DNA of 64,000 nt. It comes from an uncultured Gemmatimonadales bacterium (GTDB lineage: Bacteria > Gemmatimonadota > Gemmatimonadetes > Gemmatimonadales > GWC2-71-9). This document shows positions 55,277-64,000 of the stretch, one piece after another; the first letter of the stretch is position 1, and every line of letters begins with the position of its first letter. The DNA is taken from contig CAVZZO010000001.1 of the NCBI GenBank assembly GCA_963779755.1, positions 32,001 through 96,000 of the forward strand, read 5' to 3'. The notes under the pieces were generated by a model. It was not told the DNA's origin. It made no database searches and worked only from the letters and a program-made list of their open reading frames with translations. The position numbers and the translations under genes were made by a program.

Positions 55277-57193
55277 TCAGAGCTGCCCCCGTCGATCCAG
55301 CGCCGTTCGGAACCACAACTCCAGCATGACCAGACTGAACACCTGCTTGGCGACCAGGAACTCGCCCTGGGCCAGCGCGTTCCGGAGCCGGGCGACGGCC
55401 TCCGGACGGAACAGGCCGCGTTCGCGAACCACGCGATCCGACAGCGTGTCTTCCATGATGTCCCGGAACCTCGGATGACCCAGGAAATGCTCCAGCGGCA
55501 CATAAAACGGCATCTTGCGCCGCTCCACTGCTTCGGTTGGAAGCAGCCGGCGGGCATAGGCCCGTAGCAGATACTTGGTCGCGCCGCCGCGAAGTTTGAG
55601 GCGGGGCGGCACCCGTAGCACGTATTCCACCAGGCGATGATCCAGAAAGGGCACGCGAGCCTCGATGCCGCTGGCCATCGACATCTTGTCCTGCTTCGTC
55701 AGAATATCCTCCGGCAGCCAGTCCCGGAACTGCAGGTCGATCACCCGGTTGAGGATCGGCGCGCGGGCGGTGAGAGCCCGGGGCGACGGATTCTCCAGGG
55801 TATGTCCATTCAGCCGGGCGCGGAATTCATCCTGGTACAACCCGGCGGTATCGCGTGGGTCGAAGAGCGAAATCAGATGGTGGTACGCCTCCGCCAGCTG
55901 CGGCGGATCCAGCAGCCGCAGGAAGTCCATCACCTTTCGCTTCCCCCGCTGGCCCAGCGCGGCCGGATAGTCGAACGCCAGATTGAGCACCCCCGCCGGC
56001 GTGAGCGCCACCGCCGGCTCCAGGAGACCGCGTCGGATCAGGGCCGGCATGAACCGGGCCAACTGCTCCCCCCGGACCAGGGCACGGTGGAAGAGATAGC
56101 CGCCCAGGGTCTCGTCGGCTCCCTCGCCCGCGAGGATGACCGTCACCTGGCGCTTGGCCTCACGGGCCAGCTGAAACATGGGGATGACGATGGGGTCTCC
56201 CAGCGGCTCGTCCAGGTGCCAGGCGATCCGGGGCAGAAGGTCTACATCCTCGGCCCGGCAGGCGATCTCGGTGTGCCGGCACCCCAGGCGGCGCGCCGTT
56301 TCCGCCGCCGCCGCCAGCTCATCATGCTGGTAGTCAAAGCCGACGGTGAAGGTGCGCACCGGATCGGCCAGCTGCTGCGCCATGACCGCGACGATGGTGC
56401 TGGAGTCGATGCCCCCGCTGAGGTAGGCGCCCAGCGGGACCTCCGAAACAAGGCGCATCCGGACGCTGCGCTCGAACTGCTCGGCGAATCCCTCGAGATA
56501 CTCCTCGTCGCTCGCGGGGAAGGGGCCGGAATAGAGCTCCGGCTCCCAATAGCGCTCCAGCACCACCCGGCCATCTTCGACCGTGAGATAGTGCGCCGCC
56601 GGCAGCTTGCGAAGCTCCCGGAGCATGCCCCCGGGCCCCGGCACGAAGCGAAGCGCCAGATAGGCGTCCACCCCCGCCGGATCGAGCGTAGGCTGCCAGC
56701 CACGGTAGCGTAGAATGGCCTTGAACTCGGAGCCGAACAGAAACCGCTCGCCCAACTGCGCGTAATACATCGGCTTGATGCCCAGACGGTCGCGAGCGAG
56801 GAAGAGACGACGGCGCTGCTTGTCCCAGATCGCCAGGCCCCACATACCGTTCAGACGCTCCAGACATCTCGGCCCCATGTCCTCGTACAGATGGAGCACC
56901 ACCTCGGTATCGCCCTGGGTACGGAAGCGATGGCCTCGTGACAGCAACTCCTCCCGGAGCTCGCGGTAGTTGTAGATCTCGCCGTTGAAGACGATCACCA
57001 GGGAGCCGTTCTCGTTTTCGATCGGCTGCCGGCTGCCGGCAACATCGATGATACTGAGCCGCCGCATGCCGAGCCCAATCCCGTCGGCTTCGTAGGCTCC
57101 GCAGTCGTCCGGGCCCCGATGCACCAGGGTCGCGGTCATCTCCGCCAGCAGCCCTTCCTGGTGGACGCCCAGATACCCGCAGATCCCGCACAT
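55277..57193 (-). CDS. asnB: Asparagine synthase (glutamine-hydrolysing)-like amidotransferase
   Basis: MCGICG, HRGPD, RRLSIID, FNGEIYNY, LSGGIDSS, GEGADE, EARVPFLD. Confidence 0.95.
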   Translation of the reverse strand: MCGICGYLGVHQEGLLAEMTATLVHRGPDDCGAYEADGIGLGMRRLSIIDVAGSRQPIENENGSLVIVFNGEIYNYRELREELLSRGHRFRTQGDTEVVLHLYEDMGPRCLERLNGMWGLAIWDKQRRRLFLARDRLGIKPMYYAQLGERFLFGSEFKAILRYRGWQPTLDPAGVDAYLALRFVPGPGGMLRELRKLPAAHYLTVEDGRVVLERYWEPELYSGPFPASDEEYLEGFAEQFERSVRMRLVSEVPLGAYLSGGIDSSTIVAVMAQQLADPVRTFTVGFDYQHDELAAAAETARRLGCRHTEIACRAEDVDLLPRIAWHLDEPLGDPIVIPMFQLAREAKRQVTVILAGEGADETLGGYLFHRALVRGEQLARFMPALIRRGLLEPAVALTPAGVLNLAFDYPAALGQRGKRKVMDFLRLLDPPQLAEAYHHLISLFDPRDTAGLYQDEFRARLNGHTLENPSPRALTARAPILNRVIDLQFRDWLPEDILTKQDKMSMASGIEARVPFLDHRLVEYVLRVPPRLKLRGGATKYLLRAYARRLLPTEAVERRKMPFYVPLEHFLGHPRFRDIMEDTLSDRVVRERGLFRPEAVARLRNALAQGEFLVAKQVFSLVMLELWFRTALDRRGQL

Positions 57194-58888
57194 TCAGCCG
57201 ACCGCCTCGGTGGCAGGGACCCGGATCTCCCGGGTCAACGTCAGCGGCTGAAGCATCTGCGCGGGTGCGATCGGTATTTCGGCGCCGGGCGGCGGGGCGG
57301 CCCGGAGCTCGCTCTCGATGAAGTAGCGGGACGAGCCCATGTGGATGGTGGTGAAAAGCGGGCTCCATGTGCAGTCGGCCAGCCGGCGGGCGTCCGGCCC
57401 GCCCAGGCGGTCTTCGACCGTCACACCGTCATCCCGGAACAGGATCCGGCGGCGAAAACTTATGTCCAGGGGCCGGCGCCGGTAGATCAGGACCCGGACC
57501 AGGTAGCGCTTGAGCCAGCGCGCTATTCCCGCCACCCGGCCGACCGAGAGCGTGAAGAGCCGGAAGGCGACGAACCGCAGCGGGGCCATTACGGGGCGGG
57601 CGAAGCCAACCATGCCGCCCCCAACGACGACCTCCCCCTCTCCGATGCTGACCTCGCGACCGTGATCCAGGTACTGGGTGGAACACTGTCCTCCAGCGCG
57701 GAGCCGGCCGAGATAGCCGCAGTCGCTGTACACCAGCCTGCGCTGCCCGCGGTCATAGACCTTGAGGACGCCGCCCTTGGCAGTGCCCACCCACGCATCG
57801 TAGCCCGGCCGGCGCAGCCGCAACAACCCGGCGCCGGGAAACCAGGAGAGCCCCGTAGCGGCCGTCGGGTCGCGGACGGGCCGGCACTGATCGCTCCGGT
57901 ATGCGCGGCAGGCGAAGATCAGATTATTCAGAAACGGGAAGTAGTTGTACGGATCCACGCCGCGCAGGCCGGCCGACTGCGCCCCTCCGACCGACGGCCG
58001 GAGAGTGTTGGCGATCCAGCGGGCCGCAGGAGAGTGGGCCGCCAGGATCTCGAAACCCGCAGGATAATAGGTCTGGGTATTGCGGCTGGCGTACTCACCG
58101 CCGACGCTGCCGTCGGGATGGATGAAATGAGCCAGAAATGCCGCCGAGCGATCCAGTGAGCCGAGCAGGGTCTGGTCGCCGGTCAGCTGCCATATGCGCG
58201 CCAGATAGAAGGTCCCATGCGTCTGATAGCCGGGATCGGCACCGCCATATTCGTCGTACCACCCTTCAGCGGACTGGTGGGACAGAATCCGGTCCAGAAA
58301 GTACCGGCTCCGGCTGCTGAAGCGTGCCTCGCCCGTGAGGCGCGCAATGTGTTCCAGCGCGGCGGCCGCCGCGGCAAGATGGTTGGAAAGAAATCCATGT
58401 CCCTCGTCGTTCCGGCAGAGCCAGTCGCCGGCGCGGGCGAGCACGCCAGCCACGGCGTCGCGCGTCGCGGCCGGCACGGCGCTGCCGGCCAGATCGAGCG
58501 CTTCGGCCACGTAAAAGCCGGTAAAGCTCGTCGCCGCGAGAGAGCGCTCGAAGGGGTAGGCTTCGTCAAAGCTCCCATCCCGATGCTGCAGGCGGCACCA
58601 GTAGCGCAGGCCCAGATCGAGCCAGCGTGCCAACTCGGGAGACTGGTGATACGGATTGTCCGGGTGCGCCGTGCGGTGCAGAAAGGCCAGCACGCTCACC
58701 GCCTCCTGGAACCGCGGCCCGGGGAAGTCGGTGAATTTCCAGGCCCAGAAGGTCCGGTCGCAACAGCCCGCGGTGGGGCTGTGGACATCGCGATCCATCT
58801 GGCTCAGCGTTCGAGGTCCCTGGTCCAGAATCAGAGACCAGTACGGCTCGCTGGGAGCTTGCGTCAGGGAAGGAGGAACGCTGCTCAC
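57194..58888 (-). CDS. Hypothetical protein with a probable alpha/alpha-toroid N-terminal region (heparinase II/III-like architecture)
   Basis: LQHRDGSFDE, SNHLAAA, EGWYDEYGGADPGY; helical then beta-rich; coupled to both neighbours. Confidence 0.6.
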   Translation of the reverse strand: MSSVPPSLTQAPSEPYWSLILDQGPRTLSQMDRDVHSPTAGCCDRTFWAWKFTDFPGPRFQEAVSVLAFLHRTAHPDNPYHQSPELARWLDLGLRYWCRLQHRDGSFDEAYPFERSLAATSFTGFYVAEALDLAGSAVPAATRDAVAGVLARAGDWLCRNDEGHGFLSNHLAAAAAALEHIARLTGEARFSSRSRYFLDRILSHQSAEGWYDEYGGADPGYQTHGTFYLARIWQLTGDQTLLGSLDRSAAFLAHFIHPDGSVGGEYASRNTQTYYPAGFEILAAHSPAARWIANTLRPSVGGAQSAGLRGVDPYNYFPFLNNLIFACRAYRSDQCRPVRDPTAATGLSWFPGAGLLRLRRPGYDAWVGTAKGGVLKVYDRGQRRLVYSDCGYLGRLRAGGQCSTQYLDHGREVSIGEGEVVVGGGMVGFARPVMAPLRFVAFRLFTLSVGRVAGIARWLKRYLVRVLIYRRRPLDISFRRRILFRDDGVTVEDRLGGPDARRLADCTWSPLFTTIHMGSSRYFIESELRAAPPPGAEIPIAPAQMLQPLTLTREIRVPATEAVG

Positions 58889-61050
58889 GATGCCGGAACG
58901 TCGATGGGCATGCCGGTCCGGAGACTTTCCTCAATCAGAAACGTGGTGCGGGTAACCGCCACCAGCGTCTCCAGCTCGATCGGCATCGGCTCGCCCCGCG
59001 CAACCGCGCGGACAAAGGCGGCCACCTCTTCCGCGTGGCCTTTAGCCTGGTTCAGTAGCCGACGGCGCCGACGCCGATTCCCGGCGTGGAGCGTCAGGGT
59101 CCGGTAGTTGTCCATGATCGCGCTGCGGCCGCCGCTGGACACCTCGAAGTATTCCTTGGGCACGCTGCTATCGCCGTTGGCCAGATAGTGGATCGTCGCA
59201 ACCGAACCCCCGGCCAGGCGCAGGCTGATCGCCACCGCGTCCCTGTCGGCTGCACCCTCCCGGCCCTCGAAGGTCTCCTCAGCAAAAACCCGTTCCGGGA
59301 GCGCTCCTGCCAGAAAGCAGGCCAGGTCAACAAAATGACAGGCCTCGCCCACCATGCGTCCACCGCCCGACACCGGATCGAGCACCCAGCTGTCGGGCGG
59401 CAGCTGGCCCGCGTTGACCCGGTAGATCAGGTGCATCGGGCCGGGACGCTCACGCAGGAAGTCGCGGCATGCCACCGCCAGCGGCGAAAACCGCCGGTTG
59501 AACCCCACCATGAGCCTGGCGCCACCGGCCTCCCGGGTCGCGTCTTCCACCAGGTCCAGATCCGCGGGACTTATGGCCAGCGGTTTTTCCACGAAGACAG
59601 CCTTCCCCGCCCTGATCGCATCCCGCACCAGCGTCCCGTGCTGGTCATGCCTCGTCGCGATGACGACAGCATTGATCGCGGCATCGTTCAGGATGTCGGC
59701 CGCGTCGCTGGTACAGTAGCGGGCGCCGTAGCGCTCCCCGGCGTGCCGGCTGGTGAGCCCCGAGACGGTGCAGACCGCTTCGAACCGCACCCCGGGGTGC
59801 CTGAGAAACTGAGGCAGGAGAATCCCCTTGGCGAATTGGCCTGCCCCGATGACCCCGAGGCGCACGGTATCCCCCGCCTTCGCCGGCCGCGGCCGCGGCA
59901 GGGGCACCCGGGTGGCCGCCGGCTCCGCCTCGGGATAATCCAGCACGATCGCGATGGCGGGGGCCCGGTGCCGGCCGGTGACGATTTCGTAGGCCTGTTC
60001 CGCCCCGGTAATAGGGAAGCGCTGGGTGATCAGGGGATCCACGGTGATGGCCCCGCGTGACAGCAGGTCCAGGAAGGCGCTCATGTTGCGCCGCTCCGTC
60101 CAGCGCACGTAGGGCAGTGGGTAGTCCACCCCGCGGACCTCGTAGGCGGGATCGTATCGCCCGGGCCCGTAGGACCGGCTGACCACCACCCGGACCTCTT
60201 TCTCAAAGAGAGGCCGCCGCTCCAGTTGTAGCCCCACGTCCCCCACCACCACGATGCGGCCCCGCAACCGGGAGATGTCCGCCGCCTGACGCATGGGGCC
60301 GTCCGACTTGGTGGCCGCGCATACCAGCACGGCGTCCGCGCCGTGGCCTCCGGTCAGGCCCTGGACCAGCGCCGCGAGCTCTCCCGGGTTGCGGGCCGTA
60401 TGGTGGGCGCCCACCCCGCGCGCCAACTCGATCTTGGCGGGATCGGGATCGTACGCAACGACGCGGGCCCCCGCCGCCCGGGCCAACTGCAGCGCGACCT
60501 GACCCACCAGGCCCAGGCCGAGCACGACAACGATTTCCCCCAACTCGAGCTCGGCCAGGCGGACGCCCTGCATCGCGATGGCGCCGATCGCGACGAAACT
60601 CGCGCCATCGTGACTCACCCCGTCCGGAATGCGGACCGCGAGATTCCTCGGGACGTAATCCACCTCGGCATGATTGGCAAAGTTCAGTCCGGCGCAGGCC
60701 ACCTGGTCGCCCACCCGGAATTCCCCAGCATCCCGGCCCACGTCCACTACCTCGCCGGCACAGGAATAACCCAGCGGGATCGGTGAACTGATAAGGTTCC
60801 GGACGACTTGATAGGTGTTCCACAGGCCTTCCTGTTTCGCCCGGTTCATCACCTTGCGCGCCAGATCGGGCCGGTCCCTGGCCTTGCCCAGAGGTCCCTT
60901 CTGGGCCAGCGCGATGATGGCGCGTTCGGTGCCCAGGCTGATCAGGGATCGTTTGACCCGGACCAGAATGCCGCCCGGCTGGAGAGCCGGAGGGGGTACC
61001 TCGCCCACCACCAGGCGTCCGGATTGCATATCCTGCAGCACAGCCCTCAC
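58885..61050 (-). CDS. Bi-domain oxidoreductase (MDR-type dehydrogenase + Gfo/Idh/MocA)
   Basis: LISLGTE, LGYSCAG, GLGLVG, SRSYGPGRYD, GAGQFA, VFVEKP, VGFNRRFSP, GEACHFVD. Confidence 0.93.
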   Translation of the reverse strand: MRAVLQDMQSGRLVVGEVPPPALQPGGILVRVKRSLISLGTERAIIALAQKGPLGKARDRPDLARKVMNRAKQEGLWNTYQVVRNLISSPIPLGYSCAGEVVDVGRDAGEFRVGDQVACAGLNFANHAEVDYVPRNLAVRIPDGVSHDGASFVAIGAIAMQGVRLAELELGEIVVVLGLGLVGQVALQLARAAGARVVAYDPDPAKIELARGVGAHHTARNPGELAALVQGLTGGHGADAVLVCAATKSDGPMRQAADISRLRGRIVVVGDVGLQLERRPLFEKEVRVVVSRSYGPGRYDPAYEVRGVDYPLPYVRWTERRNMSAFLDLLSRGAITVDPLITQRFPITGAEQAYEIVTGRHRAPAIAIVLDYPEAEPAATRVPLPRPRPAKAGDTVRLGVIGAGQFAKGILLPQFLRHPGVRFEAVCTVSGLTSRHAGERYGARYCTSDAADILNDAAINAVVIATRHDQHGTLVRDAIRAGKAVFVEKPLAISPADLDLVEDATREAGGARLMVGFNRRFSPLAVACRDFLRERPGPMHLIYRVNAGQLPPDSWVLDPVSGGGRMVGEACHFVDLACFLAGALPERVFAEETFEGREGAADRDAVAISLRLAGGSVATIHYLANGDSSVPKEYFEVSSGGRSAIMDNYRTLTLHAGNRRRRRRLLNQAKGHAEEVAAFVRAVARGEPMPIELETLVAVTRTTFLIEESLRTGMPIDVPAS

Positions 61051-61925
61051 GATGGCGCTCCTTCCAGCGCCCCGGCGGGCCGGATCGGCTGCGCCATGAG
61101 CGTTGCGGTATCGGTCCAGCGGTAGTGCCGGGCTACTTCATCGAGCATGATGCCGACGCGCGAGCGCTTGGCCGCGGCGCTGAGGAAAGACAGGGTGTAG
61201 ATCCTTCCCTGCCAGTGAGGCAGCTCCCCGACGGGCAACGGGTCGGCCAGATCGGTCAGGTGCAGGAGCATGACAAACGGGGTTGGGCTCGACCGGAGCC
61301 GGCGAAGACCCCGCCGGAAATACCAGGTACCGAACACCAGGCTGTACGAGGGATGAAATGGTGTCGGCAGGCCATCATAACGCGGCAGGGGCAATTCCCG
61401 CAGCGAGGAGCCTGCCAGCGGGAGGTGCGGGCCGGCCGCGCCGGCCGGCATTGCCCCGCGGGGCCGGCGCCGGCCGGCAAAACAGGAGGAGTCCCATGCG
61501 TACCCTGCCTCCGCCACCTGCTGGAGGGTGGGGCGATCCAGGGCGAACCCCGGCGCCCGGAAACCGGCCACCGCTACCCCGCTGAACCGGGAAAGACGCT
61601 CGCGGCTCTCCACCAGCTCGCGCCGGCGCTCGGCCGGCGGCAAGCCGACCAGATGCCGATGACTGACGGTGTGCGAGCCGATCTCGTGGCCCCGGCGAAC
61701 GGCTTCCCGCAGGAGCTCACGCTTCGCGTCGTCCTCCAGATCTTCAGCAATAACGAACAACGTCGCACGGAGGCTCCGCTCAGCCAGTAGCTCGAGGGTG
61801 CGCTCCAACCCGGAGGCAAACAGCCGATCCGCACCGGTCGGCACGGGCCAGCCGTGTGCCCGGAAGATATGTCGCCCCCCGTCGAGGTCGACGTGCAGGA
61901 CGGCAGGAGGTGGGTCAAGTGTCAT
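61047..61925 (-). CDS. Polysaccharide deacetylase (CE4-like)
   Basis: HVDLD, ATLFVIA, GHEIGSHTVSH, GFRAPGF, WDSS; start set at MTLDPP. Confidence 0.88.
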   Translation of the reverse strand: MTLDPPPAVLHVDLDGGRHIFRAHGWPVPTGADRLFASGLERTLELLAERSLRATLFVIAEDLEDDAKRELLREAVRRGHEIGSHTVSHRHLVGLPPAERRRELVESRERLSRFSGVAVAGFRAPGFALDRPTLQQVAEAGYAWDSSCFAGRRRPRGAMPAGAAGPHLPLAGSSLRELPLPRYDGLPTPFHPSYSLVFGTWYFRRGLRRLRSSPTPFVMLLHLTDLADPLPVGELPHWQGRIYTLSFLSAAAKRSRVGIMLDEVARHYRWTDTATLMAQPIRPAGALEGAPS

Positions 61926-61930
61926 GATGA

Positions 61931-63037
61931 TCAGCAGAACCAGCGGCTGAGCAGTCCGCCGCCCAGAGCCGTGACCCGGAGCGGAAGACGGCGCCAGAGT
62001 CGCCGTTCCAGCCCGCTGTCGTCGTAATAGCGCGCGAGCGACGGCGGCGCACGGCGAACGGCATGTGCATAGAGAGCAGCCAGCCGGTCGCTCGCTCCCC
62101 AGCGCCGTTTGAAGTCGATAAGCCCCGTCTGCTGCGTGGCGGACGTACCCCAACTCAACCGGACAGCGCCCTCGGCCAGGGCAAGATCAATGGCCGCTCC
62201 ATACAACGCGGCGTAGGCGCGGAGCGGCACGGCCTCGGCCAGGCAGGCGGCAAATTTGCTGATAATGTTCCGGCCGAGACAATACAGCACCAATCCCCCG
62301 ACCACTCTGCCGTCCACCTCGGCAAGCAGCAGACGCACGCCGCCCGTCGCGGCAAGCTCCTGCCACACTGCCGGGAAGTAACCCGGGCCGTACGGCGGCG
62401 TCCCGAATGCGCGGAAGGCCCGCAGGTACACCTCGTAGAAGGCCCGGCAGTCGCCCAGAGAGCGGGCTTCGCGAATAGTCACCCCTCGACTCCTCGCCTT
62501 GCGGATGGATTGCCGGTTGTCGGCGCTCACCCGGGACCAGACCTGGTCCCGATCGGTGAGGTCCATATCGGAGATGAACACAGGCTCGTTGCGAACCAGA
62601 CCGAGAGCCTCCAGCGGTTCGCTTGGACCGCTCAGCCGGAATTCCAGATACCCCACGCGCTCACGCTCAGACAGTGACACGGCCTCCCGCGCCAGCGCTG
62701 TCGCCGCCACCGGATCCGAGGCCAGCGGCCCTCCCGAGCCGATGTCGTAGGGAAGCGATAGCAGCTTCGACCCAAGCACGGGGAATCGAACCAGGAAGAG
62801 GGGGAGGACACCCGCTACCCGGCCGCTGCGCTCGGCTAGCAGATACAGCGGTCGATGCCCGAAGACCCGGGTGATGACGCTACGCCACGCCAAGGTGTGG
62901 TAGAGTGTCGCATCCGGATGCTCGGCCAGGTAGGCGGACCAGCGCGCCTCATCCGAAGCCAGCAGGGGACGAACAATCACCCCGGGATCCCCGGAGCCGG
63001 CCCGACGCTGGCCCACCGATTCGGCGCGGACGCTCAT
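61931..63037 (-). CDS. FemAB-like GNAT-fold protein (type seen in exopolysaccharide / PEP-CTERM loci)
   Basis: ATLYHTLAW, GVLPLF, LLSLPY, RQSIRKA, FGTPP, GLIDFKRRWGA; start set at MSVRAE. Confidence 0.85.
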   Translation of the reverse strand: MSVRAESVGQRRAGSGDPGVIVRPLLASDEARWSAYLAEHPDATLYHTLAWRSVITRVFGHRPLYLLAERSGRVAGVLPLFLVRFPVLGSKLLSLPYDIGSGGPLASDPVAATALAREAVSLSERERVGYLEFRLSGPSEPLEALGLVRNEPVFISDMDLTDRDQVWSRVSADNRQSIRKARSRGVTIREARSLGDCRAFYEVYLRAFRAFGTPPYGPGYFPAVWQELAATGGVRLLLAEVDGRVVGGLVLYCLGRNIISKFAACLAEAVPLRAYAALYGAAIDLALAEGAVRLSWGTSATQQTGLIDFKRRWGASDRLAALYAHAVRRAPPSLARYYDDSGLERRLWRRLPLRVTALGGGLLSRWFC

Positions 63038-63125
63038 GGGGTCCAAGTGATTATCATCCTTCGGGATACGTTGAATCAGGATGCACGATTTGACACCCGG
63101 GAACCTGAGTACCGGGCGGGGTGCC

Positions 63126-63158
63126 ATCGTGCAAGATCTCTGCCATTCCTTGCACGAT
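63126..63158 (-). promoter_or_regulatory. Sigma-54 promoter embedded in a perfect 10-bp inverted repeat
   Basis: TGGCAGAGATCTTGCA (63145-63130, GG-N10-GC); ATCGTGCAAG-N13-CTTGCACGAT. Confidence 0.75.
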
Positions 63159-63185
63159 ATTCGGGTTTTCCGGGGTTCTGGCAGT

Positions 63186-64000
63186 CTACCCCGAAGGCCC
63201 GACGGCACGCCAGTGGGAAAGGAACTCCAGCAGCCGATCTCGCTCCACCGGTGTCATCCCGAGGTGGGTCGGCAAGCCCACTAGCCTGGCGGCGACCCAT
63301 TCCGCCTGAGGGCAGGAGCCCGACACGTATCCCAGTTGGGAAAGCTCACTGCTCGACTGCAGCGGGTAGATCACCGTGTCTCCCGGCCAGGGAATGATCT
63401 CCTGACGCGCCGCCCTGGCCGAAGCGAGCAGATCCCGCTTGGCATCGGCCAGCAAGGGGAAGTAGAGCAGCGGCAGGCCGGAGGCTCCGGCCCGGGTTCG
63501 GAGAACCGGATGCGCACCCAGCACCCGCTGGTAATGCTCGGTCATTGCCCGGCGGTGCATGACGAGCTGATCTGCCCGCTGCAACCATCGAAGGCCGCGA
63601 CGCTCCTGGTAGGCACTGGGCGCATGGGCCGTCGCCAGGATTTCAGCTGCGATCCGATCCTCCAGCGATCGCGATTGATATGCCGATGCCACCCGCCGGT
63701 ACAGGGTGAGCATCGGCCAGTACCGTCGGGGAGTCAGGACCGCGGCATGCAGGGCGGCTTCGAGAGCAAGCCGGAGATCGGTGCCGGGGCCGTTCCGTGG
63801 CAGGGCGTCCCGCCGGGCCCGGAGATGAGCGGCCAAAGGGCTGTCATCGGTAAGGGCGAGGCCGCCGCTCCCGGCGGGAAGCGGTTTCAGAAAGTTATTG
63901 CTGTAGAGCGCCGCCACACCCAGGACCGGCATGCGGAGTGGCATGCATTGAGCGCGGTCCTCGATCAGGGGGATCCCGCGCGAGCGGGCCACGTCGAGCA
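63186..64000 (-). CDS. DegT/DnrJ/EryC1/StrS family aminotransferase (5' end outside window)
   Basis: IPLIEDRAQ, YSNNFLKPLPAGSGG (PLP Lys), C-terminal CPQAE..LVGLPTH. Confidence 0.8.
   Translation of the reverse strand, partial: LDVARSRGIPLIEDRAQCMPLRMPVLGVAALYSNNFLKPLPAGSGGLALTDDSPLAAHLRARRDALPRNGPGTDLRLALEAALHAAVLTPRRYWPMLTLYRRVASAYQSRSLEDRIAAEILATAHAPSAYQERRGLRWLQRADQLVMHRRAMTEHYQRVLGAHPVLRTRAGASGLPLLYFPLLADAKRDLLASARAARQEIIPWPGDTVIYPLQSSSELSQLGYVSGSCPQAEWVAARLVGLPTHLGMTPVERDRLLEFLSHWRAVGPSG

Overview
High-GC bacterial chromosome segment. The gene style (Hanks-type kinase, many secreted peptidases, long-form IspH) suggests Gemmatimonadota, but this is inference only. It has three zones. 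(1) 1-7558: a translationally coupled minus-strand pair, an 843-aa putative outer-membrane beta-barrel protein and a >1675-aa secreted protein that runs off the window edge and is missing from the ORF track. Both share a paralogous TANFOR/Fn3-like N-terminal module. (2) 7.8-44.5 kb: housekeeping and envelope genes (TMEM175, MsrA, SIMPL, peptidases, kinase, IspH, HrpB-like helicase, pterin/folate genes, PfkA, OmpA). Hidden among them are a SelW/Rdx-type selenoprotein with in-frame UGA and SECIS-like hairpin, a candidate sigma-54-driven structured sRNA with anti-Shine-Dalgarno loops, a 34-aa membrane microprotein, and polarised 7-mer/9-mer tandem repeats at gene ends. (3) 44.5-64 kb: a minus-strand glycan biosynthesis/modification cluster (DegT-like aminotransferase, FemAB-like, deacetylase, bi-domain oxidoreductase, AsnB-like, GT2, GT-C, four tandem Thr-type sulfatase-like proteins, GNAT) with an internal sigma-54 promoter. 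I saw no rRNA, tRNA, CRISPR array or transposase. All calls are by eye; no database searches were run.
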